Part shown: positions 54,055 to 64,000 of the stretch, one piece after another
Position numbering within the stretch: position 1 is the stretch's first letter
Layout: each line of letters opens with the position of its first letter
NCBI RefSeq assembly: GCF_006345805.1
Contig: NC_043007.1
Coordinates: 52,266,001-52,330,000 of the forward strand
DNA: 64,000 bases
Direction: 5' to 3'
DNA from: Octopus sinensis
Lineage: Eukaryota
Notes under the pieces: model-generated
Told to the model about the DNA's origin: nothing
Database searches by the model: none
What the model saw: the letters and a program-made list of their open reading frames with translations, nothing else
Position numbers and translations under genes: made by a program

Positions 54055-55893
54055 TTTTTCGAGTTGTTGAAGTCGGAGCATTAATGTGAGTAATTAATTG
54101 TTGATTTTTGCTGGTCGTCGTTATCGGTGTTAATATTGTTTAATTTTTGTGTTGTTATATTTTCCCATCGAGGAAAATGGAGAAGTCACCAGCAGGCGGC
54201 CACAGCAATGCAGCCGCAACTGGGAGAGGAGCAGAGGAAAGAACTTATGGAATATTAGTCGACGACAAGAAAATAAAAGATTGCGAGAAGCTGATAAAGA
54301 AGGAGGGTGAAACGATAAAATTAATGCCAACCGAAGAGCTGACGAACAGCATACTAAAGAAAACGGTGACCTACAAGACCATGAAGGTCGCCACAAAGAA
54401 AATAGAAATAGCAGCAGTACAAGAAATTGAAAAAGTGTTGGAAGGCATTAAAAAGTTTATAACCTTCAGAACGAGAAGCAGAAGGTATGCCACTGTGGAT
54501 GTGCGATTCAGATCGGAGGAGGAAGCATTAAAATATGCGAGGCAATTCGTTCGGAAGAATGGATTCTTTTGCCATCATATTGCGGAAAACTTGTGGTGAA
54601 AGTTCAGGTCGGCCAAGTGCCCCCCGAGCTGGAGGAGGAATGGCTAATGACAGCCATTATGTATAACATGAAAGACGGGGCCAGAATACTAAAGGCCACC
54701 AGAACATATATGCAGGACTACTGGGGCTATGGATTGGAATTAACAATCCAGGCAACAGTAGAAGACCTCAATAGAATAACTGAGGAGATAGTGTTGCCTG
54801 GCGGTTTCTCACTGAGAATGAAGGTGGAGGGCAGTCTGCCGGTGTGTTTTGAATGTGGCGAAAAGGGACACATGAAGGCGAGATGCCCACAGAAACAGAG
54901 AGAAAATCAAGAAAATATCGAACAGGCAGAGACGGTCAAGAGTAGTGAAAAAGCAGCGGAAGAGGGTTTCACAACAGTGGAAAGAAAAAGAAGGAGGAGC
55001 GTTAGGGCAAGCCCGCCACCGACTGACCAGAAAAAGAAGAAAGAAGAGGTGGAAAAGGAAGACGTAACGAGAAAGAAAGATAACAAAAGTAAGGCGAAGA
55101 AGGGAAGTGAAAAAATAATTAAGAAGTTGTGTGACAATGAGCCAGAGAAGGAGGAAACAAGGTTGAGGATGACATGTGATTTGGCAGAAGTTTCAGAGAC
55201 TCAGCTACAAGAGGGTAAGATGGAGAAACTGTTAATAGTGGAGATAGAGAAGAAGATTGTTCCAGCCTCAGGAAGAGTACAGAGGAGCATATATTGGGAG
55301 AGGAAGAAAGGAGAAAGCCTAGAGGATGGAAGAAACAATGGAGTTTTTTTACCTATTCAAAAAACAAGGAAGTGGAAAAGGAAATTGTGAAGTTTAAAAA
55401 CATCGTAAGGGTGAAAATGCCCAGAGACATGTACTCTGAGAGAGTGAAAGGTTTGGTCGCCGATAAGGTGGTTTATGAAAGACTTAGAGACAGATGCGGT
55501 GATGGAATCGACCCTGGCGGAACGATAGTGGAGTTCAATGAGCTGCCACCAGTAATCGAACTGAGAGAGCTGGAGCAGTATATGAAGCGTTAAAAGGAAA
55601 AAAAAAAAGTTTTAAAAAAAAAGAGAAAGGAAGAGTATTTTTGAAGAAAAAATGACATTTAATGAACGGAAAAAAAGAGGAAAAATCAGATAAAATAAGA
55701 CTGTAATAACAGAGTGTAAAAACACTCCAATGGTACTGCATGTGGAGTGGGGCCCATGCAGCCATTTCATTTTCCATTATTATATAATATTCATTTTCAT
55801 CTGTTTTATATTTATTGTCCCCACTGTAGTGTTGTGTCTGTCCTTGTAGTGTCCCCTCTGTGTTGTGGCCTTAGTGCCAAATAAAGAAATACA
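54055..55893 (+). mobile_element. Insert A: ORF1/Gag-only retroelement (no RT/EN) with AATAAA tail
   Basis: Bounded by a 13-bp duplication (54042-54054 / 55894-55906, 1 mismatch); AATAAA at 55880; 3' tail similar to the SINE tail. Confidence 0.8.
54177..55593 (+). pseudogene. L1/Tx1-ORF1p-like protein (~470 aa): RRM-like region, CCHC knuckle CFECGEKGHMKARC, K/E-rich linker, conserved C-terminal domain; two frameshifts
   Basis: ORF pieces 54147-54599, 54569-55390 and 55294-55593 are collinear with insert B ORFs (YATVDVRF vs YATVDARF; LPPVIELREL vs LPGVIEQEEL). Confidence 0.8.
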
Positions 55894-56175
55894 AAAACCG
55901 GTGATTGTCGTGCGCTGATGATGGGTCAATACCCAGAAACTGCAGTCCATGTGTATCACTTAGGCTGATGAGGGAAGGATGACCTCCCTTTGCAAATACC
56001 GATAGGGCACAGAAAGTGTGCCTATAGCCAGCTGGAGATGTTCTCCTGGGGCTACAAGCTACAGTAACATCCACCCTTAGTGGTTAGCCATATTGAGATG
56101 GCAAATATACCTCACATTGTCATGCAGTTACTGTCTATACCTTGTTCAGAGATTTATTATTGCTTATATATATTT
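55894..56175 (+). repeat. 3' copy of hammerhead-bearing monomer A
   Basis: Contains the HHR and the ~80-bp segment repeated at 53894. Confidence 0.75.
55901..55959 (+). ncRNA. Type I hammerhead ribozyme (minimal, palindromic stem III)
   Basis: CUGAUGA 55915-21; stem II UGGGU-CAAU-ACCCA; GAAA 55936-39; palindromic ACUGCAGU; cleavage triplet GUC ending 55947; extended stem I GUGAU/AUCAC with internal loop, proximal pairs weak. Confidence 0.85.
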
Positions 56176-56224
56176 ACATTATTTACATTGGATGGATATG
56201 TGTCCTCATTTTGTTTGTTGTTAC

Positions 56225-56266
56225 CACAACGTTTCCGCTGATTTACTCTCCAGCTTTCATCAGGTG
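56225..56266 (-). ncRNA. Minimal hammerhead motif of a PLE terminal fragment (56176-56315)
   Basis: Minus strand CAC-CUGAUGA-AA-GCUGG..CAGC-G-GAAACGUU-GUG; stem I CAC/GUG. Confidence 0.65.
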
Positions 56267-56574
56267 ACCTTCTGGAATTTTGAACCCAACCCTGGGTTCT
56301 CATTTCTAGGGTGTTTTTTTTTTAAGGAAGGATACAAAAATATTAGGTTTATAAGCCCTAAAATACACACTATAATTGCCTACAGGCTACTAACCCCAAG
56401 ATTCCAAGTTCAATTCCAGGCATTGACTTGAATAAATAACATCAGCAACAAAATTTCTGTTGTCAGTGTGTCACACTTTACCCTCCCCACCTCTCTCGCT
56501 ATTCAATAACACTTCCTCATGTTGGGATGAGAGTTATAGGAGGCATAAAGAAAGTTAGGACGGTGGTGAAGACA

Positions 56575-56627
<53 letters not shown>

Positions 56628-56719
56628 AAGAAAAATAGAGGGAGAGAGAGACAAAGAAATTTAGGAAGAATTGATGACATTTTATTAAAAGTATTAGTGT
56701 TGATGGTGGAAATGGGAGT

Positions 56720-56757
<38 letters not shown>

Positions 56758-57789
56758 TGTGTGTGTGTGGATATATAAGAGAAAGAAAGTGATGATGTAC
56801 AACTTTCCTGGACAGAAATTCCTGTGCCCAGCTTACTGAACCAACTACTGAACACTATCATTTTTGCTTTATTATTTGCTTTCTTTAATACAGCATGTGT
56901 ATGTGTGTGTGTGTGTGTGTTTGTGTGTACATATATACATATACACACACACACACACACACATAAAATACACTTTAATTGAATACAGTTTCCCCAAAAT
57001 TCAGCATCAATTTAAGAGAGTTGATGATGTTTTTATTAAAAGTAGTAGTGTTGATAGTAGCAGTAGGAGTAATAATAAGAGTGACAGAAAGAGAGACCGA
57101 ACACTGAACCAACATACTGAACTAATATACTGAACGATGGTAATGGGGTGATAGTAATAGTATAAGCTGTAGTTATGATAGAGGCAGAGGTGGCGGTGAT
57201 AATGGTGGTGGTGGTGGTGGTGATAGCTGAGACAGTCAGGGATGACAGTGAGAGTAAGTGATGTGAAAGACAGTGGTGATGGTGGTAGAGGGGGAAGGCG
57301 GTGAAGTCAAAGGTATTGATGGTGGTGGCATCAGAAGTCTGAATGATATGTGTATGGCAGATGTAGTGGCGATGGTGGTAGTACTGTTGTTTATCATACA
57401 GTTTTGCAATAAGTTCCAAGTGGACAAGTTATATCAAATTGTTTTGATGAAAATTGTTCATTGCTTGAAAAATATTGTTCAAGTTTAATAAAATTTATTA
57501 TGTACCCAATGCATGAAGTGTCATTGTTGGGCGCAAAGCCTAATGAAGAGCTCTCCACAGGAGCTAGCTTAAAAGTCACCTGATAAGCAGCTTTTAAGCT
57601 AGTATTATATATATCGACATGATTTATTATTCAGTATTATTACAATTGTCTGATGGAAACTCTGAGTAACAATTTGTGAAGACTTTCTCAGCTTTGAGAA
57701 AATAGTACATATGCATTTTTAGCAAAACACCAAAATTTACAGTACCAAAATTAAATTATATCATCTTCATTATCATAATCATTATCATC

Positions 57790-59000
57790 CTCATCATTTT
57801 ACGTCTGTTTTCCATGCTGGCATGGGTTGGATGGTTTGAATGAAGCTTGTCAAGCCAGTAGGCTGCACCAGGTTCCAATCTGATCTGGCAAGGTTTCTAC
57901 AGCTGGATGTCTTTCCTAACGCCAACCACTCCAAGAGTGTAGTGGGCGCTTTTTACATGTCACCGATACGGGAGCCAGTCAGGTGACACTAGCATTGAAC
58001 ATGTTCAGATGGTGCCTTTTACATGCCACCGGCACAGGAGCCAGTCAGGTGGAACTGGCATTGGCCATGACTATGATTTCACTTGACACAACAGGTTTTC
58101 TCAAGCACAGTGTATCACCTGATGATTCAAGGGTACTTTTAAATGGGTTGGTTATGCGACACTGGCATTGGCCATGGCTGTGATCTTACTTTACTTGCCA
58201 GGTCTTCTCAATCACAGCATATCTCCAAAGGTCTCTGTCTCTTGTCAATGCTTCTGTGAGACCTAACGTTCGAAGGTCATACTTCACCACCTATATCATC
58301 TTGGGTCTGCCTCTTCCACAAGTTCCTTCCACTGTTAGGGTGTGACACTTCTTTACACAGATGTCTTCCTCCATACACAGCACATGGCCATACCAGCACA
58401 GTCATCTCTCTTGGACACCACATTTGATGCTTCTTACATCCAACTTTTCTCTCAGGGCGCTTACACTCTGTCATGGGCGCACAGTGACATTACACATCCA
58501 GCAGACCATACTAGCTTCATTTCTTTCAAGCCTACGCATGTTCTCAACAGTCATGGTCCATGTTTCACTGCTGTGTAGCATGGCTGTTCGCACACATGCA
58601 CCATACAGTCTACCTTCTACTCTGAGTGAGAGGCCTTTTGTTACCAGCAGAGATAGGAGCTTTCTGAACTTCACCCAGGCTATTCTTATTCTAGCAGCTA
58701 CACTCTCAGAGCATCCACCCCCACCATAGACTTGATCACCTAGGTAGTGGAAGCTAACAATTACTTCTAGCTTCTCCCCCTGGCATGTAATGGAATCTGT
58801 TTTCTGTATATCTTCGGTGTTTGTTGCCCCTGTGCATCTGCCACACACAAAAGCTATCTTCTCGATTAACCTTATTTTAATATTGCTACACCTCTTATGT
58901 GCCATAGCTTACACTGGGTACATATGGAATTTCTATCTACACCTTTTCTACAAATTGAGCAGGCCATCTACCTGAAGGGGTTTGTGATTTGTCTACCTTC
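57790..59000 (-). mobile_element. RTE LINE 3' fragment (RT C-terminus + 3' UTR)
   Basis: LEVIVSFHYLGD..VAARIRIAWVKFRKL..MLHSSETW; 3' UTR matches 45830-45962. Confidence 0.85.
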
Positions 59001-59649
59001 CTTCTTACTAGGACTTTGGTTTTTGCTAGATTGACTTGTAGCAAAAGTAATTTACGCTGTCGTTATCTGTGAGATGTTTTCATCGTGGTTGTTTAGGCGT
59101 AAATACCTGGATGTTGGCCCCACAAGCATTTTGTTGTTTGTATTGATTGGTTTCCAGCCATCCAGTCATGTTGGTGTAATAGTTTGTTTTTCCTTACACG
59201 GGGAAATTAATCACCAGCTCTAGGAGCCCACTGATCACTATAAGAATGGCAGTTCGTGACTGCTCTAGGTCATGCCACTCATATCTGACACCAGCTAGTC
59301 TCCGCTTTCACCTTCACCAGACACCTGCCTACATCGTTGCCATATGATCACTACACAACCAGCAGACCAACTGCTGCTTCTACACAGCACCAATCAGTAC
59401 ATCAACTTTGTCTACAAGATCAATAATCCAGCCTAAACACGAAGTCTCTTATACATCTTTGTTGTAACCTGTTATATTAATTTATTTCATGTATGGCAAT
59501 CATTTTATTTTATAATGGAGAACACTTCAGTTTCATCTCACGTTGTATATCCATTTTCACATTTTCGATTTTTTTATTTACCCAACTTCATTGCCATCTT
59601 CATTATAGACTCTAAGGCCCTTTGATTCTAGATCTTGCTTTTACATCTA

Positions 59650-60850
59650 AAACTTCATCTCTAGTTCTGGTAGTGACTCAGCTTTTAGAGCAAGGTCATC
59701 AACATAGAGACCCCAGGGGCAAGCCTATCTTGAATTCCTCTGTTATTGCCTGGAGGACTATGATGAATAAGAGGGGGCTTAGGACTGATCCTTGGTGAAA
59801 CTCTACTTTTACCTGGAATTCTTCACTATACTTGTTGCCAACCCTCATCTTACTGACACCATCCCTGTACAGGGCTTGTACAGCTCTCACCAACTATTTG
59901 TCTATCCCTAGTTTTCACATTGACCACCAGATAAAGTATTGGGAGATCCTGTCAAAGGCTTTCTCCAAGTCAACAAAAGCCAGGTACAGACATTTATCTT
60001 TGGCTAGGTATTTCTCTTGCAGTTGCCTTACCAAAAATATAGTATCAGTGGTGCTTCTACTTGGCACAAAACCAAACTGCATCTCATCTAGGCTAACTCT
60101 CTCCCTAATTAGTAGAGCTATGATGCTCTCCATGACTTTCATCATCTGATCCAGAAATTTGATACCCCTGTAGTTATTTCTCTCTAAAGCATCACCTTTA
60201 CCTTTGTAGCAGTTGACTATGGTGCTGCTACATCAGTCAAGGCAGCAAACTGGCAGAAACGTTAGCACGCCGGCCGAAATGCGTAGCCGTATTTCTTCTG
60301 CCGTTATGTTCTGGGTTCAAATTCCGCCGAGGTCGACTTTGCCTTTCATCCTTTCAGGGTCGATAAATTAAATACCAGTTACGCACTGGGGTCGATGTAA
60401 TTGACTTAATCCGTCTGTCTGTTCTTGTTTATCCCCTCTGTGTTTAGCCCCTTGTGGGTAGTAAAGAAATAGGTATGACTCTTTTGTGAACTATCTGATT
60501 TCCAATACCACTGACTAGATCATCTCCTCCACCATCAGATATTTTAAGTATCTCAGTGGTGATTCCTGATGGGCTGGGGGTTTTCCTTGCCTTCATATCC
60601 TTAATTGCTTTATCTACCAGGGTACTGTCAATTCGGGTAGCTGGCCAACATTTGGCAGGCTCTCTTCTTCCCATTCATTTTCCATGTTCAGCAGTCTTTC
60701 ATAATGGCATCTCCAAGCCTCTTTCTTTGCAGAATCATTAAACGCAATTGCACCATTATCCATGCGGACACAATTTTCTCTCACACACTGTCTTTAAATC
60801 TGAAATACTTCAGTTCTTTGGTCCTCACATCACTGAACATTGGCAAACTT
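59650..60850 (-). mobile_element. RTE LINE RT fragment interrupted by a SINE
   Basis: QFGFVPSRSTTDTIFLVRQLQEKYLAK..FVDLEKAFDR; HQGSVLSPLLFIIVL; KTPSPSGITTEILK. Confidence 0.85.
60239..60472 (+). mobile_element. Meta-domain SINE, full length, nested in RTE
   Basis: AAGGCAGCAAACTGGCAGAAACGTTAGCACG to GTAAAGAAATA; the RTE reading resumes on either side. Confidence 0.9.
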
Positions 60851-61213
60851 CTTTTCTGCTTCTCCCTTGGCTATATATACCTGTCCCTTGACTATCAGTC
60901 TATACCTGTCTTGGTTATATATACTTGTCTTGGCTATATATACCTGTCTCCTAGCTTCCCTTCATAAACTTTCCTCTCATAAACTTGCCTGCACAGTTCA
61001 TGCTTTCAATCATCACCAATATTATTATTATTAGTAATCTTTATATATATATAAAACTGAGAATGTGTGTCTGTCTGTGTGTTTCCCTAGCAATATCATA
61101 TCTTCTCCACTATTCTCCACGTGTTAAAAGTGAAACAAAAATATTTCTCTATTTTATGTCAGATACTTTCACCTTAACAATAAAATAATAACAATTGAAT
61201 TAAATGTAGTAAA

Positions 61214-61639
61214 AGAATGGTTGTATACTGTCAATTTAACATGACAGTAGGGGATTACACTGCCCCTGTTTAGGAAGCATCGATGCCTCCTGATGGCTTC
61301 GACACATTTTTTTCCTGTGTCCTTATATATTTACGAAGGGGTGACAAATACCCCCAGCAGCCAGGCCTGCATCTAGAGACACGCATGTTTCAGGATCTTT
61401 GTCCATCATCGGTCTAGAGTAGCAGAAGCCTGGCAGCTGCAGATATCTGTCCCGACTTCGTAAATATATATATCTAATTTTCGGTGAAGTTTATTCACTG
61501 ATTACCAAAATCAGAAATATTAAGTTTCTAAATATCTCATAGAGTTATGTATGGTGGTGGGGCGATAGAATGGTTGTATACTGTCAATTTAACATGACAG
61601 TAGGGGATTACACCGCTGCTGTTTAGCCCTAGGAAGCAT
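61214..61639 (-). repeat. Inverted, uninterrupted ~1.2 copies of hammerhead-bearing monomer B (~360 nt period)
   Basis: GGAAGCAT anchor at 61273 and 61632; reverse-complement match to 63452-63709 and 61651-61862. Confidence 0.9.
61372..61418 (-). ncRNA. Type I hammerhead ribozyme (monomer B, empty-site copy)
   Basis: Minus strand UCUAGA-CCGAUGA-UGGA-CAAAGA-UCCU-GAAACAUGCGUGUC-UCUAGA: 6-bp stem I, near-palindromic stem III, GUC triplet; U4>C and 10.1/11.1 U-U variants. Confidence 0.75.
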
Positions 61640-61862
61640 AGGAGGCATCGATGCTTCCTAGGGTTAAACAGCGGCGGTGTAATCCCCTACTGTCACGTTA
61701 AATTGACAGTATACAACCATTCTATCACCCCACCACCGTACATAACTCTATGAGATATTTAGAAACTTAATATTTCTGATTTTGGTAATCAGTGAATAAA
61801 CTTCACCAAAAATTAGATATATATATTTACGAAGTCAGGACAGATATCTGCAGCTGGCGGGC

Positions 61863-63451
61863 AGTGTTTGTGTCGGTTATTTTGTATTACGGTTATTGTG
61901 TATTGCGGTTGTGAGTTGGATTTTGTTGTTGGAAGGTGTTACGGCGTGGTGAATTGTTGAAGTTTTTGTTGGGTATACAAGCCCAAACTTATGCGGGAGC
62001 AGCAGGCAAAGGCCTGGCTGCGAGCGAACTACAGTTGGAAGAAATAGTTATCGAGAAGTAGAGTTTGAGGAAGTACTACGACAGCTTCAAGAAGGAAGGT
62101 GATTGTCTGAGGGACACACCGCCTGAAGACGAAGTGAAAGAAGCTGAGAAGAGAATTATAACGTACAGAACGTGGAGTGTGGTTTCGAAGAGAATAGAAA
62201 TAGCAGAGGTGGAAGAAATCGAGAAGTGTCTACAGGAAATTAAAGGAAAAACTACCTTCTACAATAGAGGTAGAAAATACGCGACAGTAGACGCTCGTTT
62301 TGAAAACGAAGACGAAGCGAAGAGAAACGCCACAACAATATTGAAATCCGAAAAATGGGTGTTACTACCTAGCCATTGTGGAAAAAGAGCAGTGAGAATA
62401 CGGATTAGTAAAATTTCACCGGAACTAGACACGGAAAGAATTGTAGCGGCAATAATATTCAACTGCAAAGAGAGCGTCGACATACTGAAGGTAGAAAAGT
62501 TGAAAGAAATAAAGTGGTGGGGTTATGCGGTGCAGGCTTTGCTTCACATAACCATGCCAGACCTGTATAACATCCCTGAGGAGTTGGTGTTCCCCGACGA
62601 GACACGTCTCAGAGTCGTGGTGGAAGGGAGACCCCCAGTGTCTTACAAATGTAAAATTAGAGGCCACATGAAGGATATGTGTCCGCTAAGAGAAGTACAA
62701 GAGAAGACGATAACACTGGAGGCTTTGACAGAGGAGTTACAAAAGGCGAATGTGGAATTGCAAGTGGAAGAGGAAATTGTAACTACAGATAATGTAGAAA
62801 GTGGTGACGAGTTGGTGAAGGAGAAAGAAAAGGAAAAAACAGAAGTAAAAGAGGATAGAAAGAGAACGCAAGCACAAAAAAGAAAAAAGCTAAAAAGAAG
62901 TCTACCGACGAGATAGAGGATCAAACGCACGATGAGAGAGATACAGAAACGAAAGTGAGTGAAGTTTCAATGTGGGAGGAAGAGAAAGAATGGGAAAGAA
63001 AAATGGAAGAACAACTGAAAATATGTAAGGAAGGACGAAGGCCAAAAGGAAGAAATCTCAAAGCTATAATGTTGTACAAAAAGGACAAAGAAATTGAGAA
63101 GAAATTAGCGAATATGAAAAATCTAACTAGAGTAAAACTGAACCCGAAGAAATTCGATGACCAAATAAAGGCGGCAATTGTAGAAAGAGAGACAGTAATG
63201 AAATTAATAAATGTGTATTCAAATATAGCTGTAGGCGTAATGCAATACATTCGATATGACAGTTTGCCAGGTGTTATAGAACAGGAGGAGTTACTCGATT
63301 ATATTACGGATGAACGCCCCGGATAGCACAATTGTAATTGTAAATATTTCATTGTCATACCATCCTTTTTGTATTTTTGTTATATGTACCCCATGTCCTG
63401 TATTGTAATGTCCCCTCTCCATTCGGGCCATTGTGCCTATAATAAAGATTC
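61863..63451 (+). mobile_element. Insert B: ORF1/Gag-only retroelement with AATAAA tail
   Basis: Bounded by a 17-bp duplication ATCTGCAG(C/T)TGGCGGGC at 61846-61862 and 63452-63468; AATAAA at 63441. Confidence 0.85.
62065..63326 (+). pseudogene. L1/Tx1-ORF1p-like protein homologous to insert A; degenerate knuckle SYKCKIRGHMKDMC; one frameshift in an A-run near 62890; upstream stop
   Basis: ORFs 62065-62916 and 62955-63326; visible alignment with the insert A translation over N-terminal, knuckle and C-terminal blocks. Confidence 0.8.
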
Positions 63452-63709
63452 ATCTGCAGTTGGCGGGCTTCTGCTACTCTAGACCAATGATGGACAAAGA
63501 TCCTGAAACATGCGTGTCTCCTCTTCATAAATATATAAGGACACAGGAAAACAAAATGTGTCGAAGCCATCAGGAGGCGTCGATGCTTCCTAGGGCTAAA
63601 CAGCGGCGGTATAATCCCCTACTGTCACATTAAATTGATAGTATACAACCATTCTATCGCCCCACCACCGTACATATCTCTATGAGATATTTAGAAATTT
63701 AATATTTCT
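63452..63709 (+). repeat. 3' copy of monomer B with a damaged hammerhead (63478-63520)
   Basis: CCAAUGA core (G5>A) and a deletion right after GUC-UC relative to the copy at 61372. Confidence 0.85.
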
Positions 63710-64000
63710 AATATATGTAGTAAGTAATAATTAAAATCAAACTAAAGTAATATAATCGTAACATAACAAAAGTAAAAATAGCAATTGGTATAAAATCGCA
63801 TCAATGACTTGAACTTGAATAAGTGGTTTCACATGAATGGGAATAAATTAAAAATAAAATTAGCGTGCAGAAATGGAATAGTCCAGATGGATAATAAAAA
63901 ATTAAATTAAAGAAAAGACTATTGTCTATAAAGTATACAATGTAGAGAAAAAACAAGATTTGAACACATTGAGGAAAACACCTTCGAAAAGAGTCTTGGT

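Noticed and set aside
54147-55593. LTR-retrotransposon gag between LTRs (direct repeat 53894/56097)
   Set aside because: There are no TG...CA termini, PBS or PPT, and no pol. The repeat is better explained as a permuted ribozyme monomer with a short TSD around the ORF cassette.
55961-56030. Second CUGAUGA core followed by a GGGAAGG/CCUCCC hairpin, a later GAAA and a UAGG/CCUA pairing: possible second hammerhead
   Set aside because: GAAA does not follow the stem II hairpin, and the would-be cleavage triplet ends in G, so it is not a canonical fold.

Overview
AT-rich, repeat-dominated eukaryotic DNA. The SINE, LINE and microsatellite content looks most like an octopus/cephalopod genome (inference from repeat families). 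It has one 100-N gap and many homopolymer indels. The only convincing host-gene sequence is a ~1.5-kb acidic, Ser/Pro-rich first coding exon on the minus strand (42079-40591). The rest is transposable elements and simple repeats: a near-complete RTE LINE, a 5'-truncated CR1-type LINE, Penelope-like (PLE) fragments, mariner/Tc1 relics, a non-autonomous Helitron, a Gypsy integrase scrap, many tRNA-derived SINEs and ~13.5 kb of (TA)n/(TACA)n. The most striking structure is at 53.9-63.7 kb. Two divergent, homologous ORF1/Gag-only retro-inserts (RRM-like region, CCHC knuckle, shared C-terminal domain, no RT or endonuclease) each sit between 13- or 17-bp target-site-like duplications. Each lies immediately upstream of a type I hammerhead ribozyme, within two apparently unrelated ~350-360-nt ribozyme-bearing repeat monomers. 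An empty target site is visible in the window, and the inserts' 3' tails match those of the abundant SINE. This suggests a ribozyme-targeting, ORF1-only retroelement family, or protein-coding retrozyme-like units.
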